This document shows positions 38,405 through 51,569 of a stretch of 64,000 nucleotides of DNA, piece after piece. Both the position numbers and the translations under genes were made by a program. The DNA lies in the NCBI GenBank assembly GCA_040954595.2, contig CM082576.2, positions 19,267,028 through 19,331,027 of the forward strand, read 5' to 3'. The notes under the pieces were generated by a model. It did no database searches. It was not told the DNA's origin and worked only from the letters and a program-made list of their open reading frames with translations. Within the stretch, counting starts at the first letter, position 1. Each line of letters starts with the position of its first letter. Origin of the DNA: Balanoglossus misakiensis. Its lineage: Eukaryota; Animalia; Hemichordata.

Positions 38405-38602
38405 CAAAAAATCCATCGGCGAATCAAACGGGCAAACGGCGAAATTCCATTACACGACGATCCAACTGCGATGAAGAACGCGAACGCGGGTAACGTTGTA
38501 AAAAATCCATCGGCGAATCAAACGGGCACACGGCGAAATTCCATTACATGACGAGCGACCTGCAATGAAGAACGCGAACGCGGGTAACGCTGCAAAAAAT
38601 CC
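38405..38602. repeat. ~94-bp CpG-rich tandem duplication (2 copies)
   Basis: aaaaatccatcggcgaatcaaacgggca...gaagaacgcgaacgcgggtaacg twice. Confidence 0.85.
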
Positions 38603-39026
38603 GCAGACAATTATTACACGAATGCATAGCAACAATTATTTTACCCAACCTGACACTAATAAATTACCCAATGATTTTAAATTTCTTATTATTACACCCC
38701 AACTAATCATTATACCTTTGTAATATTAACACCGTTTATACACATCCCATAATGTTTATACCATCAAGTTAATACCATTTTATTATTATTATACCACCAA
38801 AACCATGTGTTACCCATTTTTTTTATTATTACACCATTGATGTTAACACCTTTATATATTATACCGGTATTTACCCTCTGTACATGTACAGTTTTTATTT
38901 ACCACGTGGCATTACTCATGTTTTTATAGTATTTTAATTACTTATCATACCCTTGAAACCATAATATTATACCCTTGCAGACAGTTTTATTATAGTACCC
39001 TTGTGCACAATGTCTTATTAGTCATC

Positions 39027-39200
39027 ATACACCAACCCTTCACCATTTCATTAGATTATACCATTTTTATTAGCCTAACCTGTTTATACACCAACCCTTC
39101 ACCATTCCGTTAGATTATACCATTTTTTATTACCCTAACATATTCATACACCAACCCTTTACCATTCCCTCAGATTAAACCATTTTTATTAGCCTAACCT
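39027..39200. repeat. ~59-bp tandem repeat (3 copies)
   Basis: atacaccaaccctt...accatt...agatta..ccatttttatta.cctaac three times. Confidence 0.8.
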
Positions 39201-39384
39201 ATTGACTGCATCCCTCTGGTTTTGATATTGTTATCTGGTGCGGCGTTGTTGTAGATATTGATTAGACTCCCTCCGGCGATGATAATACCAATGAACCTAT
39301 TGAAAAAAAAGAATGAATATTATTAATTAGATCAGATCAACAAATCATGGCGTCGTTCATCCCTCTGGTCACAGGAGCATCATC

Positions 39385-40162
39385 TGGCGTCGTTACAGGT
39401 TTAAGTTAATCCCTCCAGTACAGTATAAGGTGGCGGCGTCGTTACAAGTATTAAGTTCATCTCTCCAGTACAGTATTAGGTGGCGGCGTCGTTACAAGTA
39501 TTAACTTCATCTCTCCAGTACAGTATTAGGTGGCGGCGTCGTTACAAGTATTAACTTCATCTCTCCAGTACAGTATTAGGTGGCGGCGTCGTTACAAGTT
39601 TAAGTTCATCCCTCCAGTACAGTATTAGGTGGCGGCGTCGTTACAAGTATTAACTTCATCCCTCCAGTACAGTATTAGGTGGCGGCGTCGTTACAAGTAT
39701 TAACTTCATCTCTCCAGTACAGTATTAGGTGGCGGCGTCGTTACAAGTATTAACTTCATCTCTCCAGTACAGTATTAGGTGGCGGCGTCGTTACAAGTAT
39801 TAACTTCATCTCTCCAGTACAGTATTAGGTGGCGGCGTCGTTACAAGTATTAACTTCATCTCTCCAGTACAGTATTAGGTGGCGGCGTCGTTACAAGTAT
39901 TAAGTTCATCTCTCCAGTACAGTATTAGGTGGCGGCGTCGTTACAAGTATTAACTTCATCACTCCAGTACAGTATTAGGTGGCGGCGTCGTTACAAGTAT
40001 TAACTTCATCTCTCCAGTACAGTATTAGGTGGCGGCGTCGTTACAAGTATTAACTTCATCTCTCCAGTACAGTATTAGGTGGCGGCGTCGTTACAAGTTT
40101 AAGTTCATACCTCCAGTACAGTATTAGGTGGCGACGTCGTTACAAATATTACACTCCCTCCA
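39385..40162. repeat. 50-bp minisatellite, about 15 copies
   Basis: Unit ggtggcggcgtcgttacaagtattaacttcatctctccagtacagtatta, with some 49-bp variants. Confidence 0.95.
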
Positions 40163-40926
40163 GCAGCAGTGTTACCAAAGAACCTAATGTAAAAAAAGAA
40201 TGAAATTATTTTAATAATCTGATTAGGTCAAGTCATCATATTGATAAAGAAAACGACAAGAAGAAATCATTTAAAAATTAACGCTGCCAGCACCATTGGT
40301 TGGGCCCAAACGGTTCCCATGGTTACCAGGGTATGCCAAGGCTGTATTCTGCTGTGAATACCAAGATATATGAAAGCTGGTCAAAGGTTACCCCAGGGTC
40401 ATTGAAAATCGCAAAAAATAGCGTCAAGGACACTGTGGTCTCATTTAGTGATTACACTAGAAAAAGTCTACACAGGAGTACAGACAGACAGACACACACA
40501 TAGAGAGGCAATAAAATATGATGCCCCCCCCAGCCCCGAAAACATCTTGATCTTATGTATGCTGGCCTGGTACAATAGACAAACCAGCCAATTAATGAAA
40601 ATTTTGTACAAATACAGAGCTCAAAGTTGCATTTTAGTGAGCCCAAAAGCAAATTAACTCAATGTTACGACAAATTTTACTTTTGCCACTCAAAGTTTGC
40701 ATCGGTGGGGTGGGATGGCAAGTACTCTTCCCTGATACAATAGACAAACCAGCCAATAAATGAAATGAGGTGAAGAATGAAGGTGAAGAATGAATAACTT
40801 TATTTGATTCCATTATCTAAACAAACACATCCAATTAACTTCCTACTCAAATTTCAAAGTAATCAGTCATAGGTTTTGTAAATCATCATGAGAAATCACC
40901 CTGAAACCAAATCAAATCAAAAATCA

Positions 40927-41222
40927 TATAAGCCTAGTCGGGCTCTGCGCTCCAGCTCAAGGAACCAGTTGTGTGTACCAAAGTACAGACTCAAAACATA
41001 TGGTGGATGTGCCTTTTCCCTTGTCGCGCCACAACTTTGGAATTCTCTGCCATCTGACATTCAACAGGCTTCTAGTCTCAACATTTTCAAACAAAAACTC
41101 AAGACATTTCTATTTGTCAAAGCCTACGAACACTGATGTTATACTTTCAGCGCCTTTGGAAATAACATTGTTATTGATTCTGGCGCTTTATAAATGTTTG
41201 TTTTGATTTGATTTGATTTGAT
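40927..41222 (+). mobile_element. 3' terminal fragment of an L2/CR1-group LINE
   Basis: YKPSRALRSS...LCVPKYRLKTYGGCAFSLVAPQLWNSLPSDIQQASSLNIFKQKLKTFLF stop (typical ORF2 C-terminus), short 3' UTR with a cagcgc...gcgct stem, and a (GATTT)n tail. Confidence 0.85.
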
Positions 41223-41656
41223 CCCCCAAAAATATACTATTCAATTCATCAAGTTGATTTGAAAAACATACATGCAAATCTTACTTGAGCTACCCCTAAC
41301 ATGACTAACAAATTTTAAAGCAATGGAACAAGCGGTTTTAGAGAAAAAAAATTAATTAAACAAGGCTGAAATTGCTCCAAAATTATCAATATGCAAATTT
41401 TGCAACATTTCAACAAAAGTATTGTAACTCATATCACCTACATGAAGCTTCATACTAAAATTTTTTACCACAAATGAGGAAAAAGGCAAAAAATGCATAA
41501 AATAGAACATTCAAACTATTAGTTCAAAAAATACAGGATTGTATGTGGTTGACATAAGGTACTTGCATACCAATTGTCAAATCAATCTGTAAATTATCAT
41601 GAGAACAAACCCTGAAACCTTCAAATCAAATTTCAAAGCAGTGGGGGTAAAGGGGG

Positions 41657-42264
41657 CACAGTACGATATTTTACCCACAACTCTCCATGATTTGTATCAT
41701 CGAGATTGTCCATTTAATTACTTTCTGTTTTAGATACTAACAATGATATGAAGTACATATAACTGTATTAAGATTTATCTAGAAAAAGTATGTTGAGGAA
41801 TTAGAGTGAAAATTTCAAAATCAAGATTTAAAAGCCATAGAAATCAAAGTATTCATTCATGTACGTCAAATGTCACACTTAGGAGGAAAGAAGCAATGAC
41901 TAACTGAGGTGGCCAGTCTCTGTTGAAAGTTAACATGTAAATTTCCATTGTTCTGTCTATAGAAAAAAATCAATATCGTTTTGTTTGATTAAACAAGTGT
42001 CCCTGTTTTACTTCAAACTTTTTTGTATCGGCTGGCTATGCAATTGCTTATTTTATAAAATTTGTATCTCCTCTTTCAATAATGCATGATTTTGTTTATC
42101 ATTTGAAATGGTAATTGACAATAAGATTCGCCTTTAAAGCATGCTCTCAAAATTTGTATTAGTGGTCTACAATTTTCTCTACACATGTGAACTTTGCCTG
42201 GTTTGACCGAGTAATCTCTGGTTGTACAAACCAGAGTGATTCATGGGATATTTCACGTACTGTG
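41657..42264. mobile_element. 608-bp non-autonomous DNA transposon with CACAGTA termini and a 5-bp GGGGG target duplication (Transib/RAG-like signature)
   Basis: ggggg|cacagtacg ... cgtactgtg|ggggg; imperfect TIR continues ~50 bp; the host repeat resumes on both sides. Confidence 0.7.
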
Positions 42265-43044
42265 GGGGGTTCTGAGAAGAGTTTTGACCAAAAATGGCAA
42301 AAATCATCCCAAAAATATACTATTCAATTCATCAAGTTGATTTGAAAAACATACATGCAAATCTTACTTGGGCTACCCCTAATATGACTAACAAATTTCA
42401 AAGCAATGTAACAACCGGTTTAAAACAAAAATTCAAAAACGGCCGAAATTGCTCCAAAATTATGAATATGCAAATTTTGCAACATTTTAACAAAAGTATG
42501 CTAACTCATATCACCTATATGAAGCTTCATACTAAATTTCAAAGAAGTCGTCTCATCAATTTTAGAAAAGTAGATGTTTTACCAAAAATGAGGAAAAAGG
42601 CAAAAAATGCATAAAAATAGAACATTCAAACTATTCAAAATACAGGACTGTATGTGGTTGACATAAGGTACTTGCATACCAATTGTCAAATCAATCTGAC
42701 CAGTGGTTTTGACCAATTTCAAATTTTCCCAGCTAATTTGCATTTATTTAACAATTTCAACTGAATATGGCTGCCAGGTCAAATGACTGATTTGAATTTC
42801 AAGGTGCACACTCATTGGCAAGGACAACTGTGACAAATTCAAGAAGCATAGGTGTGGCAGGTTTTCAGAGCAAGGTGTAAAAAATATCCAGGGAATGGGG
42901 CCCAAGCTCCTAAAAACCCAGCACAATACCGATAGGGACTCATATTACTAACAAAGTGTAAGCCTGTAATAAGTCAAAAGCTGCACATCTTTTTACCACC
43001 TCGTGCCAGTACTAAGCAATAAGACTTTTTATAGAGTTGTTTAA

Positions 43045-43777
43045 GGTGGCACTGCATGAAACCGTCGAGACTTTTTCAGAGGCCTATTTCTCATCAAAGA
43101 CAAAGTTTAAACCCCCATAAACCATATATATTCTGGAAGCTGAGATTTTGAACTTTTGTTTGAGTTGCAAATATTATTGATCCCCGGAAATGGTGGCGAT
43201 TTTGGGCGAAAAAAAACATTTTTTGATATTATGTCATGAAATTTAAAATAGGTAAAAAAGTTGACCATGCATCATGCATCTTAATATGTCATTCGAAACT
43301 AAAGTACACGTGCAAAAAAACGCTAATTTTGTTTTGCGTTATCTGCTTCCATTGAGGAGTAACAGCGTTTGAAAGTTAGATTTTCTGAAAATTTGATCAA
43401 ATTCACGGTGAGTTGTATTGAATCAGAGTTTATTCCCGCCAGGGACACTTTATCGACATACAAAACTAGCGTTTTGTTGGATGGGTCATACACAATTCCC
43501 TGTCAAAATTTGAGCAAATTCGGCCAATGCAGGGCGAAGCTATTTTAGTCCGAAGTTGTCAAAAGCAGCGAAAATGCAAACCGAGAAAAACGGCCATTTG
43601 CATTGTTGACACCTATTTGTTAAGCTGTGAACTCATTCAGAAAAGTGCTATTTGGGGGTGATTGTGCACCATTTCCGCCAAGACGTATTAGTCAGGATGT
43701 GGGTGAGTATTAGGCCTACCGATTTATGTAAAAAAGTAAAATTTGGCAAAAATCACAACTTTTCATGCAATGCCACC
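43045..43777. mobile_element. Non-autonomous Kolobok-type transposon
   Basis: TTAA(43041-43044)|ggtggcactgcatgaaa ... tttcatgcaatgccacc|TTAA(43778-43781). Confidence 0.85.
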
Positions 43778-45474
43778 TTAATTGTCTCTGCTGATGCCAG
43801 AGATTGAAAAAGAATCCTACAAGTTAGGATTTTCAGAAACAATGATAGCTATTTCTATTACTGTTTGTAAACAAAAATGTGATGTTCACCGCCTTGTTTT
43901 CAGAAAAGTATTTACATAAATGTTTTTCCATAGAGTTAACACAGACATTGGCAGCCATCTTGAATTTCAAAAACTGCAACAATATCTCCAATGCAACAAA
44001 TCTGCAAATTGTACTATTTGACACCTGACTTAGGTCAAGGGGTTTCAGAGATGATGACTACTCTTCAGACTCAGACAAAATAATAATGCAATATTCAGCG
44101 GAATTTCAAAAGCATTGACTAAGATCACCAAGGGACAATTCATACCAAAGATCAAAACAATTAGACGTACCTATTTTAAAGATCATTATGAAAACTTTAC
44201 AGATTCGGTTATAATGTAAATAAAAGTAGGTCACCCCTGTGGACATGGCAATCAGACATGCATATTCTGACAAGATTTTTTGTTTGTACAAAAAGGCAAC
44301 TGTCTCCAAAATACAAAATTACAGATTATGTCACATACCTCAGGGAGATCAATACTAAATTTCAGAGAAAATTTCCCCCCAAATATGCAAATTTCACCAT
44401 ATTTTGAAGAAACAACTTGTGTCATACCTAGAAACCTGCATAGTCAAAGTAATCTACGAGCTTAGCTTTTTTCTTCCAAAAACAGCAAAAAACTTGTTCC
44501 AAACTACAAATATGCAGAATTCAACACAATTTGAACACACATTACTTCGCCACCCCAAGAAACCTGCACACCAATTTTAAAAGCACTTGCGCCAGTGATT
44601 TCAGAAAAGAAAAATGTTGACAGACATAGGATGACTGAACATCTATCTACCTGTCAGATAACTTTTGCAGTGCTGAGAGCAGAGCTAGAGATTGGTGTTG
44701 TCTTTTTACATTTTAAATCATCACACTTTGCTACTCAAAGCTACTATTCTGCTATGCTTGAGAAATGACTTGGGACCATTTTTGGCAAACAATAGTCACT
44801 AATCTTCCTCAGTTTATAGTACAATGTACCTACACTGTTTTAGTAATGTACTGAAAATGTTCAGACTATTTCTTGTGTCTGCATATGTCTTTAGTACAGA
44901 AGAATAATCTATCCGGTTGTCATTTCTCTGTTTATTCAGAAATAAACTAGTCTGGGTTGCAACAGTAAAAATTTTAAAATATTCATACCATTTCTGAAGG
45001 ATGTTCAAAACCAATACCTATGTGAAGCATTATATCAAATTTGCTGGGTAACTGTGGATTTATAACTTTTGCTAATTACAGTGCTAACTCACACTGGATG
45101 ATTCGACGGTAATTTTAGATTCATATGAAGATTTTTTACCAATAATGTTGAAAAATACAAACAAATGCATCAAAAATAGAAAATCAAAATTAGCTCAAAA
45201 CATACAGGACTGTATGAGGTAGGCATAAGGTACTTGCATACCAATTTCCAAATCAATCTGACCAGCAGTTGTTGAATTTTGCGAGTTTTGACCAATTTCA
45301 CATTTTCCAGCTAATTTGCATATATTTGGTAATGACATTTTCATGTTAACAAACTCCAATCTACAGCCCAGCCTGCATCTGCACACCAAATATCGAGGTG
45401 ATATGCACAACGGTTTTCAAGTTTTAGATGTGGACGGACATACAGACATACATCCATACAAACAGACAGACATA

Positions 45475-45672
45475 CTGTAAAACACTTTATTTTCGCGAGC
45501 AATTAATTTTCGCCAAATACGCGAGAGCCAAAATAACGTGAAAATAAAAAGTCGCGTAAATTGTTTTTGAAGATAAAGATGCAGTGAATGAAATAAGAGA
45601 ACGCGAAAATTAATACTCGCGAAACAGTGGCCTCTCTCGATATCGCGAAAAATTTAACTCGCGAAAATACAG
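45475..45672. mobile_element. TA-flanked CTGTAAA MITE inserted in a (CATA/CAGA)n microsatellite
   Basis: Reverse-complement homologue of 18805-19011; right TIR partly deleted. Confidence 0.8.
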
Positions 45673-45977
45673 TACATCCATACATAAATACAGACGCAAC
45701 TGATTCCATAAGGCCCATGGTACATACCATATGGGACCTAAAAACTGCAGAAGCTACACAAAACATTAATACTGAAAACATGGCAAACAGTTGTTGCTAA
45801 CGGGGTTTTAAATCTCCCTTATAGATATTTTTGAACTCCCAATTTATGATTATTGACTGTTTGATTGATTAGTTGTTGCACAAATGATAGTATTATCAAA
45901 GTAAATAATATCTGTGAGAAATTTCTTTTCATATTTATTTGAATATGGATAGGGTAAGATGGGGGTTAAACAAAACT

Positions 45978-48900
45978 ACATTTGTTCAAAAGTGGCAAAA
46001 ACACAAATATGCAAAAATCACTATAATTGTACACCATCTTACTTAAATCACTACAAGGAACATTCCTGTCAAAGTTCAAAGCAATCTGACAAGCGCTTTC
46101 AGACACAGCGAATTTGATAACCATCTACAAATATATTTTTATTTTTTAAACAATTCTTTTACAACACCTTACTTGGGTTACCCCCCTAGGAATCTGCATT
46201 CTGAGCAAAAATTACAAAATTGCTCAAAATTATAAATATACCAATTTCACAACAATTTGCAATTTGAACAAAAACTATGGCTTTCAGAAAGGAAGATTTT
46301 TCTTTACCAATAATGCAGTAAAAGACAAAACAATAAAAATAGAAAATTCATAATATTAGCTCAAAACAAAACATACAGGACTGTATGGCATTTATTGACA
46401 TTTATAAGAATATGGACAGGGTATGATAGGGGGGGGGATTATAAATTCCAAGGGGGTCATCAATTTTTTGTCATAGCTTTTTGGGGCCATAGAAAAAATA
46501 ACCTAAAAAGTAGGAAATCCTACGTCCCCCTAAGCTTTCATTCTGGCCAACAACTTTTTATGAAGGCTTCTGCAGTTGTTAAAAACAGATTGCCTGCTAT
46601 GTTAGACTATCAATCTATAGAGGGGATGAAAAATGTCCTTTTGTCAAGTGTCTGGATTTTGATAACTTCAACAGGTAAAAATATATTTGTAGATGTTTAT
46701 CAAATTCGCTATGTCTGAAACAGTATGCTTGCAAATGTATTAATATAGTCAGATAATATGAATAGTGAAGATAGCAAAACAAACAGGTTTATGCTTATAG
46801 CCATAACTTCTATTAGTGATGTACATGTTGTACTTAGCAAATAATTGTTATGATCAACTTGGTTTTTATTGCACAAGATCTTTTTATTGCATCCATGTTT
46901 CGTTTCATTCTGGATAATAGTCTGTCTAAATAAGTTAACAGGCTTGATGAGGGTTATTTTAAACAGTGTTCTCAAAAAACCTGCAATGTCATGCCCTATA
47001 TTTATAAAGTTGAGGAGAGGTTGTATTCCTAGCAGGATGTTGAAATCATTGGAGGACAAACCCTGCCAGTACCAAAAGTTGCTGGGTGTTATAAATGTTT
47101 GAGTAACCCCCCCCCCCCCCCTTCCCCAATAACACAATATATACTAAAACATTTTTACAACATCTTACTCAGTTTACCCTTAGGAATATGCCTACCAAAT
47201 CAATCTGGCATGCAGTTTTAAAGAAAAAAAAATGACCAAAAGTGGCAAAAATTGCTCAAAATTAAAATATGCAAATTTTTCAACAATTTGAACAAAACTT
47301 TGGTTACTCAGACAACCATTAGAAGCTTCATACTAAAATTCAAAGAATGAGGCCTATAACTTTAAGAAATGATGATTTCTTTACCAATAATGTGGAATAA
47401 TACAAAAAATGCATAAAAGATTTTTGGCATAAAAAATTAAAAATCGATCATATTAGCTCAAAACATACAGGACTGTTTGAGGTAGACATAAAGTACATGC
47501 ATACTGATTTTCAAATGAATGTGACCAGTGGTTGTTGAGTTTGAGTTTTGACCAATTTCACATTTTCCTAGCTAATTTGCATATTTTTGGCAATGACAGC
47601 TTCATTTGAACAAACTCCAATCTTCAGCCTGGCCTGCATCTACACACCAAATATCGAGGTCATATGCCCAGCGGTTTTCAAGTTTGTGATGTGGACGGAC
47701 ATACAGACATACATACATACATCCACCGATATCATAAGGTCCCATGGTAAAGCAAATGGGACCTTACAAAACTATGATAACTCAGATCACCTATGAAGCT
47801 TCATACTAAATTTCAAATAAGTCAGCTGATCAATTCCAGAAAAGCAGATTTTCTACCGATAATGTGGAAAGAGACAAAAAATACATAAAAAATCGAAAAT
47901 TCACATTAGCTCACAACATATAGAACTGTGTGAGGTTAACATAACTTACAGGAATACCAATTTTCAATTTTGAAAGCAATTTGCTCAGTAGTTGTCGAGT
48001 TCCCGAGTTTGGACGAATTTGACACTTTCCCAGCTAATTTGCATATTTTGGCAATGACAACTTCATTTTGACAACTCCCACTTAATGCCCTGCCTGCATC
48101 TCCACACTAAATATCAAGGTCACATGCCAGTGGTTTCCAAGTGTTTGATATTGATAGACATACAGACAAACATCCATACAGACATCCATATATACAGGTG
48201 CAACTGATCCCATAAGGTCCCATGGTATAAATACATATACCTGCACCAAATGGGACCTAATAATTCTGATAAAATGCCTACATAGTAAGTTTAAAAACCA
48301 ATTGTACCTTCAACGTCCTTGGACAACAATGGCTAATATTACTTGCCAAGGGCGACTAGAATTTTGGGGGCCTGATGCAATTCTGATACATGTACTTCAT
48401 GATTTAGAGATATTGTGAAAATCCTGTCAACCGAATTACAGGGAAATCAGATTTTCCATGTAAAATCATATCACCCAAAAATGTCAAGTGTCGAAAATAA
48501 TTTTGAAACAAAAAGTCTACTCAAAATCATACCAAAATTTAAATTTTAAAGCAGTACGTTAGGCAAGCAATTTGAGAATGAAGAAACTTACAAAAAAATT
48601 ATAAATTGAAAATAACTTACAAATGCCGTACACAAACTTACAATCACTACCATATTACTGTACAAGTTAAAAGGACATTGTACCAGCAGAGACATTGCGA
48701 TCGAGCAATCCCCAAGATATACATGACATGGTCTAATTACAAATATTGAATATGTAAAATAGGTACACAACACTTCCATTCTTTCAGTACAGTCAGCTGC
48801 TTGTTAACAATAGGCATGTAGCTATTTCATCAAATTTACAGCCCAAGTCATGCCTATACAATTCTCCCTTAAGCTACCCTAAGTGAGTGATGAAAATCTC

Positions 48901-51569
48901 ATATGGTCGACAATTGATGGCCGATTTTTGCCATGTTAAAGAAATGGGAGTTCATAAGGCTGCATTCACAAACACCAAACACCTCTGGAGAGGGGGGGGG
49001 GGGGCAGGAGAATTGAGCGGGGGGGGGGGGGATTTGAAAAATTGAAGGTATGTAAGGGGGGATTTGAAATAATTTAGGGACTGAAAGGGGGGACTTGAAA
49101 ACTTTGACGACTAAATATTTATTTTGAGTCCACAAAAATGCAGTTTCGCGCCCTTTATTTTACACCCCCTCCCACACCCACCCCCCTCCATTCATCAACA
49201 CCTTTCAATCATTAACTGGTTTATCTAGTGTCCCATGTCAGGGGACTTGCCCCCACCCCATGATAACTTTGAGCGGCGACGGTTAAATTTATCCTCCCCA
49301 ACATACTGGTAGTTGAGTTAATTTGCTTTTGCCGGGTTCATAAAAATGCAGCTTTGAGCTCTGTATTTTATAAAATTTTCTTACGTGGGAGGGGGACACC
49401 CCTTCCCACACCCACCCCCTTCAATTCCCGGTTTACAATGTCTCCCAACACAGAATACAAATACTTAAAAAATAAAAACCATGTTCAGTTTTAATACCCA
49501 CTGATGAGGGGAAACATCAGTTTCAAAGTCTTTTCATGGGAGCGCTGTTTTTCTTTTTTACAAGATAGATAAGTGATGTGTTTTGCTCTGTGAAAGAAAA
49601 TGGGGGGGGGGGGATTTTAAAATTTTGGCAGTTCAGAAGGGGGTGGGGGATTTGAAAATATTTCGGGTTCTGTACAGGGGGGGGGGGCATGTGAAAATTA
49701 GCAGTAAAAAAATTGAATTCTCCCCCCCCCCCCCCCATCCAGAGGTGTTTGTGAATGGAGCATAAGCTAAAGCTAAAGTGATAATGGGTCATAACAGACA
49801 AAATAACAAAATGTGAAAAACATTTAATGAGTTTAATATGCTAACTACGGAGACAGACATGTTTGACCAAAGCATGAAATACACAAAATGTATCATTTCT
49901 TCCACCTCTTACTACAGTGGGTTGTAGACTTTTCGCCCAGAATGCAATGTGATTTGACCCCGTAGCGCAAAGTGAAAACCTATTTAAGGCAGCCAGAATT
50001 TTCTGCATAGTATGACGGAAACATTTGTAAAGTCATGGCTAGCGTGGGCTGGTAAGTTTATATGGGGCTCTCCATGATAACCAGTTGTGGCTTAATACCA
50101 CCACCATAATTTTGAAAGGGCGACTTCACTATTTGATGGGAAAAGGTAGCCTTTACAAACAAGCTATGGAGCATGTATACAGCAAGTTGTGCTTACCGGA
50201 AAGCGGTCTTGGATCAGGCCTAGGTATTCTCTTCCTCCTCCGGCATACGTTGAAATGCTGTGTTTAAGACTGTGAATCAAATATATGCTTATCAATTAGT
50301 AACCAATCAACCTTGCTTTAGAATTATTTGGGCCATACTAATTAGTGAAAATATGCAAAACATGGTATAATATAGGGTCAGACTGTGCTGCGATAATGTA
50401 CGTGGAATACGAATCAGAGAAATCTGTAACAGCGATCTTGAAACTCCATTTACATCAGTACTGCAGTAAAGTGGTCCACATGGGTATACCACAAACATGG
50501 CAGTTAGGTGACAAGTGAAACTGACATCATATCTGTAAACGACAGGTGTACACACACTTTGACATCTACGTAACACTGTACAATGATTTCTTAATGTTTG
50601 TTGTGAAAATGAAACTTACATTTGATCCACCTCACTTTTCATACAACTGGTTAGCGCAAGAATGTAAATTGTTGGCAATTATAAAACATTTATTTTACTA
50701 TAGAAAAGTAAGCCTTTACATTTAAACTTTGAATATCAGTATACTAAAATGTTTCAAACGTGGCTGTCAGTATATCTCATGGCATGGTGGCAGAAGTACA
50801 TGTTGTTACCAGGGAAGACACATTGAACATAGACAAGCGCACTAGTCGCTTGGTGATTTTTCATCTAGATTCTCAAAACTTTCTGTGCATTTGGTAGCTT
50901 TGAGCAAGTTTCTGGTACTGAGCTGAGTTTCGAATTTGGAACTGGGCTGCTTTGGCTTTGATTACCATGGGCCAATATGATCTTATGCACACATTTTTGA
51001 AAAAAACTCCAGCCTGTTTGTGTCGTGATCTATATTTTTCTTTGTGGCCTAAGGTATTGTTTTATTTCACTATAAACAACACTACTTTCCTTCATGTGTC
51101 TATATATAATAATAGATCTCTTAGCCAGTTTGATGAAGCATAGTGTTGGACTAGCACACTTTCAGCCAAAATTACGGTATCTCCCCGTGTATTGGTATGG
51201 GAGTAATTTCTAGCTATATGGTTAAGGAAATGCATCCAAATTTAATTTATGCTTCACATGAAGATTTGAACTTGACCATTTAATTCATGTCATCACGATC
51301 ATATCACAGGCAACCGAGGCTAGAATTCGAAGGAAAAAAGTATTGATAACTGGAAGGTGTAAATTAGTTCGTAGACATACATTGTTTCCTATTGTTTCGG
51401 TTGTGCCACGCCCGATAAAAGCAAATATACAGCAAGTCATGCTTACCATTGAGCGGTCTTAAACTCGCCCCAGACGAGGAAGAGAATCCCGAGTTGAAAT
51501 GCAGACAATTTCAGGCAGCATCTGTGAATCAAATAGATATAGAAGTTAGTAACCAGTCATAGTAGCTCT
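45978..51569. repeat. Direct segmental duplication, copy A (copy B at 54186-58054)
   Basis: Collinear high-identity blocks, e.g. 48310 vs 55590, 48590 vs 55890, 50190 vs 56925, 51440 vs 57925. The left boundary lies in repeat sequence and is approximate. Confidence 0.85.
48958..49762. mobile_element. PIF/Harbinger-type MITE with TAA target duplication
   Basis: TAA|ggctgcattcacaaacacc ... ggtgtttgtgaatggagca|TAA; the empty site gggagttcataagctaaa is present in the duplicate near 56270. Confidence 0.85.

Noticed and set aside
46700-47110. Possible decayed coding fragment (...GQTLPVPKVAGCYKC)
   Set aside because: Multiple stops and no motif I can assign; it would need a translated search.
48315-51521. 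Micro-exons as a small secreted peptide precursor (CCLKLSAFQLGILFLVW...DRFP-APKILVALGK-stop)
   Set aside because: The third acceptor is weak and no start exon was found. Joining the upstream 63-nt exon creates TGA in this frame, and the differences between copies are mostly CpG transitions, so their synonymous bias says little.
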